Of a DNA stretch of 64,000 nucleotides, positions 42,106 to 54,746 are shown in pieces. Numbering within the stretch: the first letter of the stretch is position 1; every line of letters begins with the position of its first letter. The notes below the pieces were generated by a model. That model saw nothing but the letters and a program-made list of their open reading frames with translations. It was not told where the DNA came from and did not search any database. Where the stretch lies: assembly GCA_964016885.1 (NCBI GenBank), contig OZ024741.1:55428001-55492000 (forward strand). Direction: 5' to 3'. This stretch comes from Eledone cirrhosa (lineage: Eukaryota). The translations under genes and the position numbers were made by a program.

Positions 42106-45100
42106 AGTTGCATTTATCTTGCTTTATGTTCATACGAGTTATCACCAAGTCACAACCAGTGACCTCAAGAGACAACAAGGTCCGCCATATTCAAGAAAGA
42201 ACATACATACTCACACATGCATCTTTAGTGTTTAGACTTGTCATGTACTTATATTGACAGAATCTTCCTTAGTATATGGGCAGTTCCCATTAGTACTATC
42301 TTTTGTATTTCTCCTATACGCGGGTTTCCTGGGATTTGCGATAAGTAATCATTAGACCCCTTAGGTATCATTCCCAGAGCTCCTACAACCACTGGTATTG
42401 TTTTAGTTCTCAATTTCCACATTTTTCCAATTTCTATCTCTAGGTCCTTATACTTGCTCAATTTTTCAAATGTTTTTATAGATACATTCTTGTCTATTGG
42501 AACAGACATATCAATTAGCAGGCATACCCTCTTTTTAAAGTCCTTCAATATTATATCAGGTCTATTTGCATCTATTTTTCGGTCTGTTTGGATGCTAAAG
42601 TTCCACAAGATTGAGATGTGATCTTTTTCAAGTATGGGAGGTGGTTGATGCTCCCACCAATTAGATATGTAGATAATCCAATTGTTGCAGTTTTCAACGC
42701 AATGTCTAACTGGATTAACCCACGTCCTCCTTCTTTCCTAGGGAGATATATTCTAACTATATCTGCCTTAGGGTGATGCATTCTGTGCATGGTTAAGAAT
42801 TTTCGAATTTTTGTATCGAGCCTACGGATCTCTGTGCTTGACCAGTTGATGACATTGTAACTGTAGGTTACTACTGGTATGGCAAGCGTGTTTATGGCAT
42901 CGATCCTATTCCTTGCATTCAATTACGTTCTTAAGATTGCTCTTACTCTGCGGTAACATTCCTTCCTTATCTTTTCCCTCATTGTCGAGTGCTTGATTCC
43001 GTCTCCTTCACAAACACCTAGATATTTGTAAGTTTCCTCTTGATCAAGTTCTCTTATATTCCCTCGATCAAGATTAATGTCTGAACTTTTCAGCAGCTTT
43101 GCTCTGTTGAACGTTGCTTTGGCGCATTTATCTAGTCCAAACTCCATTTTAATGTCATCACTGAACTGCTCCACAGTGGATAATAGCCCTTGCAATTGTT
43201 CATCATTTTTTGCAAATAGTTTCAGGTCATCCATGTAGAACAAGTGATTAATGGTTTTGTCATAGACTTTATATCCATGTTTTGTTTCATTGAGCATTTT
43301 ACTTAATGGTATAAGTGCGATGCAGAATAAAAGCGGTGATAAAGAGTCACCCTGAAAAATTCCACAATTAATATTAACTTCTCCAGCTTCCAGTGATTTT
43401 GTTTCACTATTCAAAAGGAGTGTCGTTTTCCATGTCTTCATACTGAATGACAAAAACCTCCTGACAACGGGGGATATTTTGAAAATCTCTAAACATTTTT
43501 CAATCCAACTGTGTGGCAAACTATCGAATGCTTTTTTATAATCTATCCAAGCAATCGATAGAGTTTGTGTCTATTATGACAATCTTCCAGTATCATTTTG
43601 TTAACCAAAAGCTGATCCTTACAGCCATATGAGCCTCGTTTACACCCTTTCTGCTCAATGAGAAATAGGTCATTTGTTATCAGGTGGTCATATGTGTATT
43701 CAGTTAGGACTGATGTTAAAATGTTATACATTGTGGTCAAGCAAGTTATCGGTCTGTAATTTTGGGGATTGTTTGTCTCATCATTCTTCGGAAGCAGGAA
43801 TGTAATGCCGTTAACTAGCCATGATGGTATCTTTTCTGGCTCCTTAACTATTTCATTGTAAAGTTGGGCTAACAGCTCATGAGACTCTGTGAAGGCATTT
43901 ATCCAAAAATTTTGTATTTTGTCTTTTCCTGGGGATTTCCATTTGCTGGTTTTTCTTAGAGCCAAGCGCAACTGTTCAACTGTTATATTTTCCCATATTT
44001 GTTCCTCAAGGTGAGCTGTATCTTTCATTTGTTTGTCTATCCATGGGGCATGTATGTTATGAACTTTTTCTTTGGCCCAGATCTTTTTCCAGAACTCTTG
44101 CACTTCCTCCTTGGGTGGTATTGATTTAGCAGTTATTGTTGACTTACCAATTTTTCTGTAGAAGTTTCTTTGGTTGTTTTTGAACATATTATTGTCCTTA
44201 TAGAATCTAGATCGTTTTTCAAAGCGCCTTATACGAGCAGCTTTGGCCGACACTTTTTGCTTGATTATTTCTATCAGCATGTCTATGTCACTTGTTGATT
44301 TTATACTGTACTTTCTTTTCAATTTTCTAAGTTTAGTTTGTTTAACATGTTCACCTACTTTATATTTTGTTAAAATTTCTATGTCAGATCGGAGAAGGTT
44401 TATTTGGCGATTGATGTTCTCTTGCCAAGTAGATTTCTTGTGGGAATTCCTTTGTTTTTTCATCTTCACTGCACATAATTGAGTGGTGACTTTAGCCGAT
44501 GCATAATAGAGATGATTTAAATCAGTAATGTTTAGTTTGTTTGTGATGATAATGTTTTTGAGAATTATGTTAGTCTTGTGTATTATCTTTTGGTTCTGTT
44601 TGGAGTTCTGGATCTTAGGGAGGGTGTCTCGTTTCCCCATGTCAGATTCTTTCATTTTCATCCATTTGATCATAATTTCCTCCTTCAAGTTGGCAAGTTC
44701 ATTCTCATTCATTTCTTTATCATTTACGATCTCATTATTTTCATTTGGAGTTTCATCTTGAGCATGCACTCCCTCCACTTTTTCGATCCTTTCTTTAATG
44801 TGTTCTGTTGCCAGTGATTCCGCCCCAACCCTGGGATTCGAAGTGTTACAATTTACCTCATTTTCACTGACACATGTTTCATTTTCCCTTCGCTGACTTT
44901 GTGCTAATAGCTTGATCTGATCAATTTCTATATCAGTTAGTAACTTTTTTCTTTCAATATTTCTTCGTATATTGGCTAGTTTGTTACTGTCAATATAGCC
45001 TCTGTTTTCGGGATGTTTCTTTTTCCAGTTGATATATGTCTGTTCTGTATTCGATGTATTTGATGGGTAGTACATGGCAGTGTAGAAAGCCTCAAGGACT

Positions 45101-45500
45101 TCTTTATTATCTTCCCTTGACCATTTTTCTCTCTATTTCTTTGGATTTCTTGGTGATGAGCATGGAGGGCCAACAGTAGGAGTATTCCGGTTATGGGAGG
45201 TCTCCAGCTCCGAAGTGATGGGAAGGTTTGAACCATTAGCTGATTTTTCGACCCCAGTCTGGTTCTTCTCTGAGGGACGCGGCCCTTTTTTACCCGGGTG
45301 ACGGCCGATCCGGTATGAGATTTTATCATTAGATATTTACTTTATTTTGTCGCGTTTTATCCTTATCAGCCAAGGGGTAATCATTTCTTGTTAACACTTC
45401 TAGAACGAGTGTCAACCAAGACTAGAGGGGTCGTTCTCCCCTAGAGACACGGCTATTCCCCGCCGGCCGCCATCCCGGTATTTCTTGGTCACGGGGTTTT
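42104..45500 (-). mobile_element. R4/Dong-like family A, full 5' end, ~560-bp internal deletion
   Basis: Very similar to 34371-37620. The junction at ~42660 joins the equivalents of 34928 and 35489. ORFs span 42249-45329; (TAA)n tail. Confidence 0.92.
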
Positions 45501-46692
45501 CTTTTTGTTGTTTTTTTTTAAATTGTTATTTTCATGAGTGGTTCCTTAATGTGAGCATTGCGTGGCTTAAGAATGAAATTATTAATAATTGTCTCCACTC
45601 CAGGCACAAGGCCAGTAATCACCCAGTGCATTACAATTATATAATATACTTTTTGCTGAAGTTGCCTGTTATTGTTGTTGGCTATGTCGGTGGTGGTGCT
45701 GGGGCTTTTTATATTGTTGGTGAGGAAGGGGGGAACCAGCAGTGCCATAGTTGTTGACGTTTGGCCGGTGGCCAGGTCACTAAGTCAATCTATTTATATC
45801 TTTTGCTAGCCTCTCCCTTGTCTAGTGATACCGTCACCTTCCCCTTTCTTAAGTTAACAGGAGAATAGTGGTGGTAGCAATGAAGGAGTGGTGGCGGCGG
45901 TGATGGGATAGTGGTAGCAATGATGGATGGAGTGGTGGCGGCGGTGGCGTTGTCGTTACTGAGTTTTGTGATATGTAGTATCTATTGTGTTGACACATTC
46001 CCGTAAAATTGGAATTAAACATTTTGTTAAAACTTAAGACAATAATAATTGTAATTATTATTATGATGCTGGGATTGGTGGTGGTGGTGGTGAAATTGCC
46101 GTTATCTGGCTGTTATATTTAGTGTGATGGGGTAGGTGGTGTATCAAGTTTCTGGTGTTGGTGAAATTGCTGTTATTTGGCTGTTCTATATAGTGTAGAC
46201 AGAGGGTGTTTTCTTCCATTTATAACCATTTTCTTTTTGAATACAAAATATATAATACAAAATTGAATATCTGAGCGATATAACAATATAATATGGATCT
46301 GAAATCTTATAAGACTTGATTCGGTGGTTTATGCATCATTTGTACTAAGAATTGTTATTTCACAATTGATTTAAATATGTTAAAAATCAAAAACTTACGG
46401 GACCGATTTCATGACCTGCTACCACCACGTGCCTCTTCTTCCCTATCTTATTATTATTATTATTATTATTATTATTGAATGCTATGGTTGACGGAGGCTC
46501 GGCTCTGTAAGGTATTGTAAATTTTGAACACTATAACAATTGTAAATTGTTTAAAACTTTAACGAACTTGTAGACAAAAACACCCTCCTCCTCGTGAGAG
46601 GGCTCTTTCTGCCCGTTATTTGGCCTTCGGGGTTAAATAACTGCTTATTGGGGTTTTGTACCCAATATTTATTTTAAACAAAAAAAAACAAC

Positions 46693-48804
46693 ATGGCTAC
46701 GAAAAAGAAATTTCATAGGTCACTCCCACTCATTCCGTCTTCTTCTTCCTCAATCATCACTACAGCAGAGAGAAGATTGTCACTCTCCCTCCCTTCTTTA
46801 AATGTGTCTCTCTCCCTCCCTTCTCTTTCGCAAGCGACGAAAGAAAAGAAAAGTCTCGCGAAAAGCGTGCAAGGTTTCTCCACGACGACGACGACAGCGA
46901 CGAAACAGGTGTGCGGGAAATACGAAAACCCAGTTCATTCGTCTGACGTCAAGAATAATAGCAGTAGCAGCCGTAATAACAACAGCAACAGTGACAATGA
47001 AAACAACAGTAGCAGCCGCAACAGCATCACCAGCAGCATAAACAACAACAGCATTAGCAGCAGCAACACCAACAACAACCACAGCAACAGCGGCGGAGGC
47101 AGTAGTCGTAGTACCTGCAGCAACAACAAAAGTAATAGCAGCTCTGACGACAACAACAACAACAGCAGCAAAGAAAAACCAATCTCATTTGCAGGTATTG
47201 CGAAAAACTTGGCAACAATCCTCATAACAAATGAGGAATTAGAGGAAGCGAAGAAGATGGTGACAAAGAATGAACACCGAGCAATCTGCAAGGCAGCGGA
47301 AACATTTTTCGAAACCCAATAGCACTGCACGGTCACGTACCGTACAGTAAGTACAAAATCCCGTAGGGTGGAAAGAGCCACAGAGGCTCAAATACAAAAA
47401 GCCTTGGGGTCTGTGTGGCAGCGGAAAACGCACATCACCCGAGGCAAAAAATATGCCACCGTAGACGTACTTTTTGCCACACCCCAGGAGGCAAAGGCCC
47501 AATCCGTAGTGACCCTAAGGAGCGAGGAAATGGTGTGGGTGCCCTCCTACTGCGGGCAAAAGATTGTGAGCGTCAAACTGACCCCCACCCACACCCCCAC
47601 CCCCCAGAATGGCCCCTTCTTGGCTGGCCGCGTCTGTCCTCGTCGGAATCGAGGACAAAACAACTGTACTGCAAGTACAGAAAAAAGTAAGAGAAGATTG
47701 GGTCGGCACCTCCATTGAGATGCTAATCCAAACCAACCAGGAGTGCATCGAAGCTATCCCGGATGTGATAGACTTCGATAACGGCACTCAACTGCCCATA
47801 AGTGTTGAGGGAAAACGCCCGAAATGCTTTCGCTGTGGATCGAAGACTCACCTCAGGGCCTTCTGCAACGAGAAGACCCTGAGAAAGAAGAAAACCCCCC
47901 TCCTTCCGAAACCGGCTCCACGGCTACCAGCAACAGGACAAGCGGCAACCAGGAACGATAGGTCCGTGGCAGCCATACCCACGCCACGGAAATCAAAAAC
48001 AGCAGCAGCAGTGGAAATATTAACAACAACAACAGCAATACCAAATGCAGCTGCAACAGAGACTCCAGTGCAAACATCACCAACAACAACAAGTGAAAGA
48101 GTGGAGCTGGTACCCCTCCCCGACCTCACAGAATCAGACATGGAGTGTGAGGTGGGAGAGGGATGGCAAAAGGTCGTAAGAAGGCACAAACGCAGAAGCA
48201 GCGCATCGTCGCCTTTGAAAAGGGAGGAAAGAAATGAGAAAAGGGTAAAGTCTACTGCAAAGAGACCCACAGCAGCAACACCACCAACACCATCACCACC
48301 CACACTAGCACCACCATCACCACCGGCGACAACCCCACCGCCAACAACACCTTCAACACCACCACCACAAACACCAACATCGCAAACAAAACAACAAACA
48401 CACACACCCAGCAACAACGACAAGAAAATAGCAGAACCACACCCCACCCCCAGAAAAACAAATGCACGGCAATAAATACACACAACAAGAAACTAATGAC
48501 TTACATAATTGAACACACAGACATTTCACAACACGACTACATAATACCAGCACCAATCAAAACGCCAACTAACATAAGACTGCTAAAAATAGCACAGAAA
48601 CAATACACAAACATTAAAACGAAATTCCCCAACGCAGTTGGTGATTTCAGGGACCTAGGAGGAACTATCAATCGAAGAGTACATTCAGACATTCTCTTAG
48701 AAGAGCCGACGACCAGCCGAAGGGACGATTCAACGGTCCATTCACCAGACGATCAAGTGAAAAGGGATGTAAAAACCATCCCTCCTCTACGAAAAGTACG
48801 GTAA
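46693..48804 (+). pseudogene. Tx1 ORF1 (RRM-like region + CCHC knuckle + Pro/Thr-rich region), disrupted
   Basis: Segments 46693-47322, 47368-, 47609-48475 and 48496-48804; CFRCGSKTHLRAFC. Confidence 0.85.
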
Positions 48805-48839
48805 GTGGTCTTTCCCATCTTTTCCACTCTATTTTAAAC

Positions 48840-51800
48840 ATGACCTCACTCAGAATAGGCAGCAAAAATGCGCGTGGCTTGGGGTCGTCATGGAAGCAGG
48901 GTCACCTGCTCAACGACCTCAGGTCACTAAACATAGATGTAGTGGCCATCAGCGAGACCAGAATCTCCGAAGCACGGGCCTTCGCACCGATCATTGGCGG
49001 CTACGATGTGTACGCATCTCCCAGCCGTCCTGGATCGGGGGGAGGAGTTGCTGTGCTTTTTCGGAGAGGTTTGGATCTCGCCATACAGGCCATCTTCCTG
49101 GACCCAGAGGGTAAGCTGGTGGTGCTGGACGTGACCAGCGGAGACGGGCAAGCTTTCAGGCTAGTGGCCGTCTATGCCCCGACAGGAGCAGGGCGGCCTG
49201 ATTTCTTCCGGCGTCTGGAGACCTTTCTTGGAACGTCCCGCTCTTTAGTGTTAGTGGGCGACTGGAACGGGATCTTAGATGCACGCTGGGACTGTGTGGG
49301 ATTAGCGGATAGGGGTGGAGGGTGCAAGAGCCTCACCAACCTGCTCAGGCGTTTTGAACTGTCTGACAGGTACCGATTGGATTTCCCGAATGTGCCAATG
49401 TGGACTTGGACAAATCGCGTAGGGTCATCCAGATCATATCTAGATAGCGTATTTTGTAGGGAAATAGATAGGTCTAGCATAGGCTGTCCACAATTCAAGA
49501 TAGTCAGCTACACGGACCACAAATTCGTGATCTGTGTGCTTGACTTAGATAGGCTTCATAGAGGAGGACCCGGCTACTGGAAGCTAAACGCGTCCTTACC
49601 AGCGCGCAAGGCCTACAGAGACCGGATTAGCGAACTAGTTAAGCGGGCGTTGACGGGGGCCATCGTCAACAACAAGTGGTGGTTTGCTCTGAAAAGAGCA
49701 ATTAGAATAGAATCCATTAGGTTTAGTAAGGCTTTAGCAATAGAGAAAATTAGAGCAGAGGGAGAACTAGTTAGAAAATTAGACGAGGCGCTTAGCAAAG
49801 GCATTGCGACCGACGCGCTTGCGGCGAAATTGGCCCTTGACAAATTCTTCAATGCAAAGCACGAAGGCTGCGTTGTCAGAGCAAGGGTGCGTGCTCTCAG
49901 ACACGAGGGGACGAAAGCCGTTCAATGGGCCCGAGTGGCGGAGGCGCGTCGTGGCAACAAAGCCACGATCCGGTCTTTGGTGGACCACGACGGGCGCATG
50001 CTACTCGATCCCGGGCAAATGTGTGAAGATTTTCAGCGGCACTTCGCTCAGCTGTTCGGGGGCAGCGGTGGGCCGGGTCGAGGGATGGACTTTAGTGTCT
50101 ACCTCGACGGACTGCTGCGGCTCTCGGCAACTGAGGCGAAGTGTTGCGAAAAGTCGATAACAGCCGCTGAAGTAAGGGAGGCAATGACTGGCTGCACAAG
50201 GGGTAAATAGCCTGGTTTGGATGGTCTGCCCTATGAACTTTACGTACAGATGCCAGACTTGTTCGGAGGCCTCTTGGCGGACGTCTACTGCAACTGGCAA
50301 CAGAACGGGAGAATTCCCAGTTCTGTGAGCCGAGGAGCGGTGGCACTGCTGAGAAAGGATCCGAACAAGGGGGATAAGATAGATAATTTCCGGCCCATAA
50401 CTCTGCTAAACACAGAGTTCAAGATTTTGGCCAAGGTGCTAGCAAAGAGGTTGGCGCTTGTCGTTGGTGGTCTGGTGGGAGAGGCGCAGACATGCGCCAT
50501 TCCCGACAGATCCATCCACGACAACCTCCACCTCATGCGATACATCGTAGAGAGGGTAGCTAGGGAACCTGGCACGGGTGGGTCCTTGATCAATTTAGAT
50601 CAGTCGAAAGCTTTCGATAGGGTCGACCATCGTTACCTAACGGCAGTCCTGAGGGCGGCTGGCTTTGGGCCCGTCTTCAGAGGCTGGATCGCTGCCATGC
50701 ACAGCGACATCTGCTCTGTGGTGAGAGTGAACGGTCACCTGTCGGAACCGTTCAACATCATGCGCTCGGTCCGCCAAGGATGTCCCCTCTCGTCCCTCTT
50801 GTACGTATTGACTCTCGAGCCATTACTGCACAAACTGGAGACGTTGAGGGGCGTCCCGCGCGAACTAGGATGCGGAAGGTCCGTGTCAGCATTTGCGGAC
50901 GATGTCACCGTAGTGGTGTCGAACGCCAAACACATCGAGGCGATCGGCACTACACTAAGAGAATACGAAGCGGTGACAGGAGCAATGATCAACCAGGAAA
51001 AGTCAGTGGGCCTGCAGCTCGGCACCTGGAGAGGCAGGTCCATGCCGTCCAACAGCGTCGTCGGGCGCTGGACGGACGGACCGGTTAAATTGCTAGGGGC
51101 CTGGTTCGGTCCGGACCTCCAGACGGACAAAAACTGGGACGAGGTGACGAGCAGGGTGGCTTCTCTCACCCAGAAATGGGCGGAGAGGAAGCTATCCCTG
51201 AAAGGTCGAGCGGAGGTGGCTAACGCGTACATCGCGTCTGTCATCTGCTACCGCCTGACCGTCGTACCTTTCCTAAGCCTCGCCTGACTGCGCTGGAGCG
51301 TGTGCTCTTTCGCTTTTTGTGGAAGGGACGCGCTCCGATGGTCAGGCGGTCCATCTGTTGTCAACACCCGCTACGTGGAGGGCTGGGCATGCCGTGGCTG
51401 ATGATGCGCAGGCACGCGCTCAGGCTACGACATCTCCATCTCTTCCTCGACGGTGATCAGGTGTGGTCGCCGTTTGCTAGACACGTATTTCCCCAGCTCG
51501 TTTCCTTGACGGAGCTGCAGTCCTGGGTCAAGCGAAGACCGAGAGGGAGCGCCTGGAGACTGGAATGTCTTCAGGCGCTCACACCCCTCGACCAATCGGG
51601 CAATGTGATCGGTGGAAACTCCACCTCGGCGTTCTATAGAGGATTAGTGGAGGGGAAGAGCGACGACGTACTTGGGGAAACTCTAGGCGTCGACGAAAAT
51701 CAACTAGCCAATCTCTTCGGAAGAACTTTCGGGCCAGGGCCTATGGACAACTTCCAGAAATCTCTGGCCTGGCAGTGCTACCGAGGAGCCTTGCCAGTTC

Positions 51801-52258
51801 GGGATAAACTCTACAGGCATGGAGGTTCCGTCAGCCGGGCATGTCCGAGATGCGCTCAGGGCGACGAAACCGTCCTTCACGCACTCGTCCAGTGTCCGAA
51901 AATTGCTGACTTGTGGGTTTATGTCGAACACCTGCTGTCGCGTTTAGGACGGATCCGGCTATCATCTGAGTCTATCGTGAGGATTGCCCCGCCCTCCTCC
52001 TTTAGCCGGGAAGGGCAGGCAGTTTTTATCTGTCTGGTGGCCATGGCGAAAGAGATAGTATGGTGGACACGTTTGAAAGGGCTGAAGACGAGCACTTACC
52101 TCTTCGGTGATGCTCTGATTGACTTTTTCAAATTTCATTTGAAAAGGAAAATCAGAGTAGAGAGGGAAGTGCTCTCTTCCCAGCATTTTGTTGAAAGATG
52201 GGTGAGAGAAGCAAGAATGGCCCGAGTGAATGGGCCTACTCTGAGTATATATCTGTAA
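48840..52258 (+). pseudogene. Tx1 ORF2 (APE endonuclease, RT, zf-RVT), disrupted
   Basis: N.RG, SET, GDWN, TDH; FRPITLLN, KAFDRV, QGCPLS, FADD; CPRC..ET..H....C. Stop at 50208 and frameshift near 51280. Confidence 0.93.
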
Positions 52259-52739
52259 ATTAAAGGTGGAAAACTGGGAGAGGGCACTTGCCTTGGTGGT
52301 CAGGGTCATTGTGGCTTTTTACTGGGCTTTCTCCACAAATGTCCCTCCGAAGTCTCCCCCCTATTGGGGAATTTTTCATTGTTATTTTTTTTTTGTTACA
52401 TCCTCTGTTTTTGTTTTTTACACGCAGAAATGCCCATTTGTACCGTCCTGCATTGTCCTGCACTGTCCTTAATGTCTACTTTATGTAAACCCTTGTGGTT
52501 AATAAAGACATCATTATTATTATTATTATTGGCGACCTAGGTAGGAAATCGTATTATCGTGAGCTCCGCAAAGGTTTGTTATTTCCGTTTGTTAAAAAAT
52601 TGCCATTTATGGAAAATTTTATTGTAAACTGTTTATAAGCACACATACATTGTTTTCCAAAAAGGACACCCAAAAAGATTGGGGCCTTGTGCCCAAAATT
52701 TTAACTTTTATTATTATCCAAAAATTTCTTTGAAAAAAA

Positions 52740-54712
52740 ATGGCTAATTCCCCTCTGCACGAAGCAGCTGAAAGCCTTCCTCACAAAATAACACCTCACA
52801 CCGACACCACCATTGTAAATGTTACTACGTTTGCCAACACAAAAAAAAATATAAGCAGTAGCAATATTTTAAATTTGTCTCAGGCAGACATTCATTTCCC
52901 GCCATTACCAATGACTGCAGGTGTTAAACCCTCCACCACCACCACTACCACCACCGCGACAACCACCACCACCACCACCACCGCGACAACAGAAACAAAA
53001 GAAGAAAAAATAAATTAACTCGTGACGTCGAAATGAAATCAAGCAAAATGGACTCTTCCCCACCAAAGACGACTGACGTCACCACCACCACAACTGAAAA
53101 TAAAATTAATATCAACGATAGCAACAACAACAACAATGACATTATAAAACCGACCCTCAGTTTCGCCATCGTAGCAAAACAATTCGAAGCGTTCACGGTA
53201 ACTCAAGAAGATTTAGAAAATGCCAAACAAATGGTAAAGAAAGATGGGTACAGGGTCAGCCTCACCCCCCCATCTAATAAAATGGAGCATCGGCGCCTGT
53301 GCACCGTGTCGTATAGAACAATAAATGTAAAATCGCGCCGAGTGGAACGGGCATCCGAGTCCCAAATCCAAAAAGCTTTGGGACATGTGTGGGCAAGAAA
53401 AACCCACATCAGACGTGGGCAAAAGTATGGAACCGTGGATGTGTTCTTTGGAACACCAGAGGAGGCTAGAGAACACTCCATGGCCCCATTAAAAAGTGAC
53501 GACTTCACACTCGTCCCAAGCTATTGTGGCCAGAGACTTGTAAAGATCAGGGTGACCCACGTTCCACCGCCTATCGAAATTCCCTGGCTAATAGCGGCTG
53601 TCCTCGCCGGCATCGAGGCCAACACGAAAATAATAGCAATAGCAAAAGAAAAGCAGGAAAACTGGTCCGGATCTGGGATGGAGCTCCTGATCCAAGCGGA
53701 CCAAAAAAGCATTGAGGAGATCCCAGAGGTAATAGACCTCACTGACGGCAGCCACCTCACGGTAATTGTCGAGGGCAGAAGACCTAGGTGTGTCGTTTGT
53801 GGTGAAGGAACCCACCTAAGGGCTTTCTGCCCTCAGGCTAAAAGGTTGAGGCCACCTCTCATACCCACCCCAGTGACACAACCATCAATACCACCAGTAG
53901 CAGAGATGCCAGCAACAACTGTAGCAGCAACAACAGAAGCAACTATAACAGCAACAACCCCAGCAACAGTAGCAAAACCAACACCACTACCACCACCAGC
54001 AAAACCAACACCACCACCACCCAACGCTTCAGAACTAGCACCAGCGCCTACACCATCCACCACACCACAACCAAAACTAACGGCTGTGGAGGATTTTCCA
54101 CTCCCCGGCCTATCACAACTGGAGACAGATTGTGACGACGAGGAGTGGGAAACGATATCCGGAAAAAAAAAAAGAAACCAAAAAAGAAAAAATTCTCTTC
54201 CTTCCCCCTCCAAAAACAAAATACAGAGGGAAACAAATAAACTAAGAAACAAAAAAGTTAGGACAGATATGCCACCATCCACATCAACCCAAACACCAAC
54301 ACCATCACCATCATTAACTCCAACACCACCATCACCTACACCACAAAAGTCACCAAAATGCGAAACAGAAACAAACCCACAACAAACGCAAACAAAACAA
54401 AACAACCAAAACGATACACACTACACAGCATTAAATTTGAACAACAAGCAATTATTGCACTACATCCAACACAACACCAGCATCACAGAAAAAGACTACA
54501 CAACAACCCCAAAATTCACACCACCTCCACACATACAAATCACTCGCATCACACAGAAAACGTACATGACACTAAAACAAAAATTCCCCAAAGACATCGG
54601 AGACTTCCGACAAGCACTCTCCAGGAGGATTTATAAGGACATCCTTCCTGAGGAGGCCACAAGCAGTGAAAAGGATGGAAAAACCGTCCTTCCCCTACGA
54701 GAAGTAAGGTAA
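52740..54712 (+). pseudogene. Tx1 ORF1 variant (one frameshift near 53010)
   Basis: 52740-53018 + 53033-54712; CVVCGEGTHLRAFC. Confidence 0.85.
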
Positions 54713-54746
54713 GTGGTCTTTCCCATCTTTTCCACTCCTTTTCAAC

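Larger units (their letters stand above)
46477..52530 (+). mobile_element. Full-length Tx1/L1-clade LINE, copy 1
   Basis: 5'UTR, ORF1, ORF2, 3'UTR with AATAAA; (ATT)n on both sides. Confidence 0.93.

Noticed and set aside
41935-45900. Similar short segments at ~41935-42060 and ~45770-45900 as a target-site duplication of Dong A
   Set aside because: The similarity is patchy and not adjacent to the element ends. They are more likely old dispersed repeat fragments.
46501-46655. HDV-like ribozyme in the Tx1 copy 1 5'UTR (CCTCCTCGTG motif, UUCG hairpin, GCTTAT)
   Set aside because: P1 is only 6 bp, there is no GG for P1.1, and P2 is poor. A simple CCCTC/GAGGG hairpin explains it, and it is absent from copy 2.
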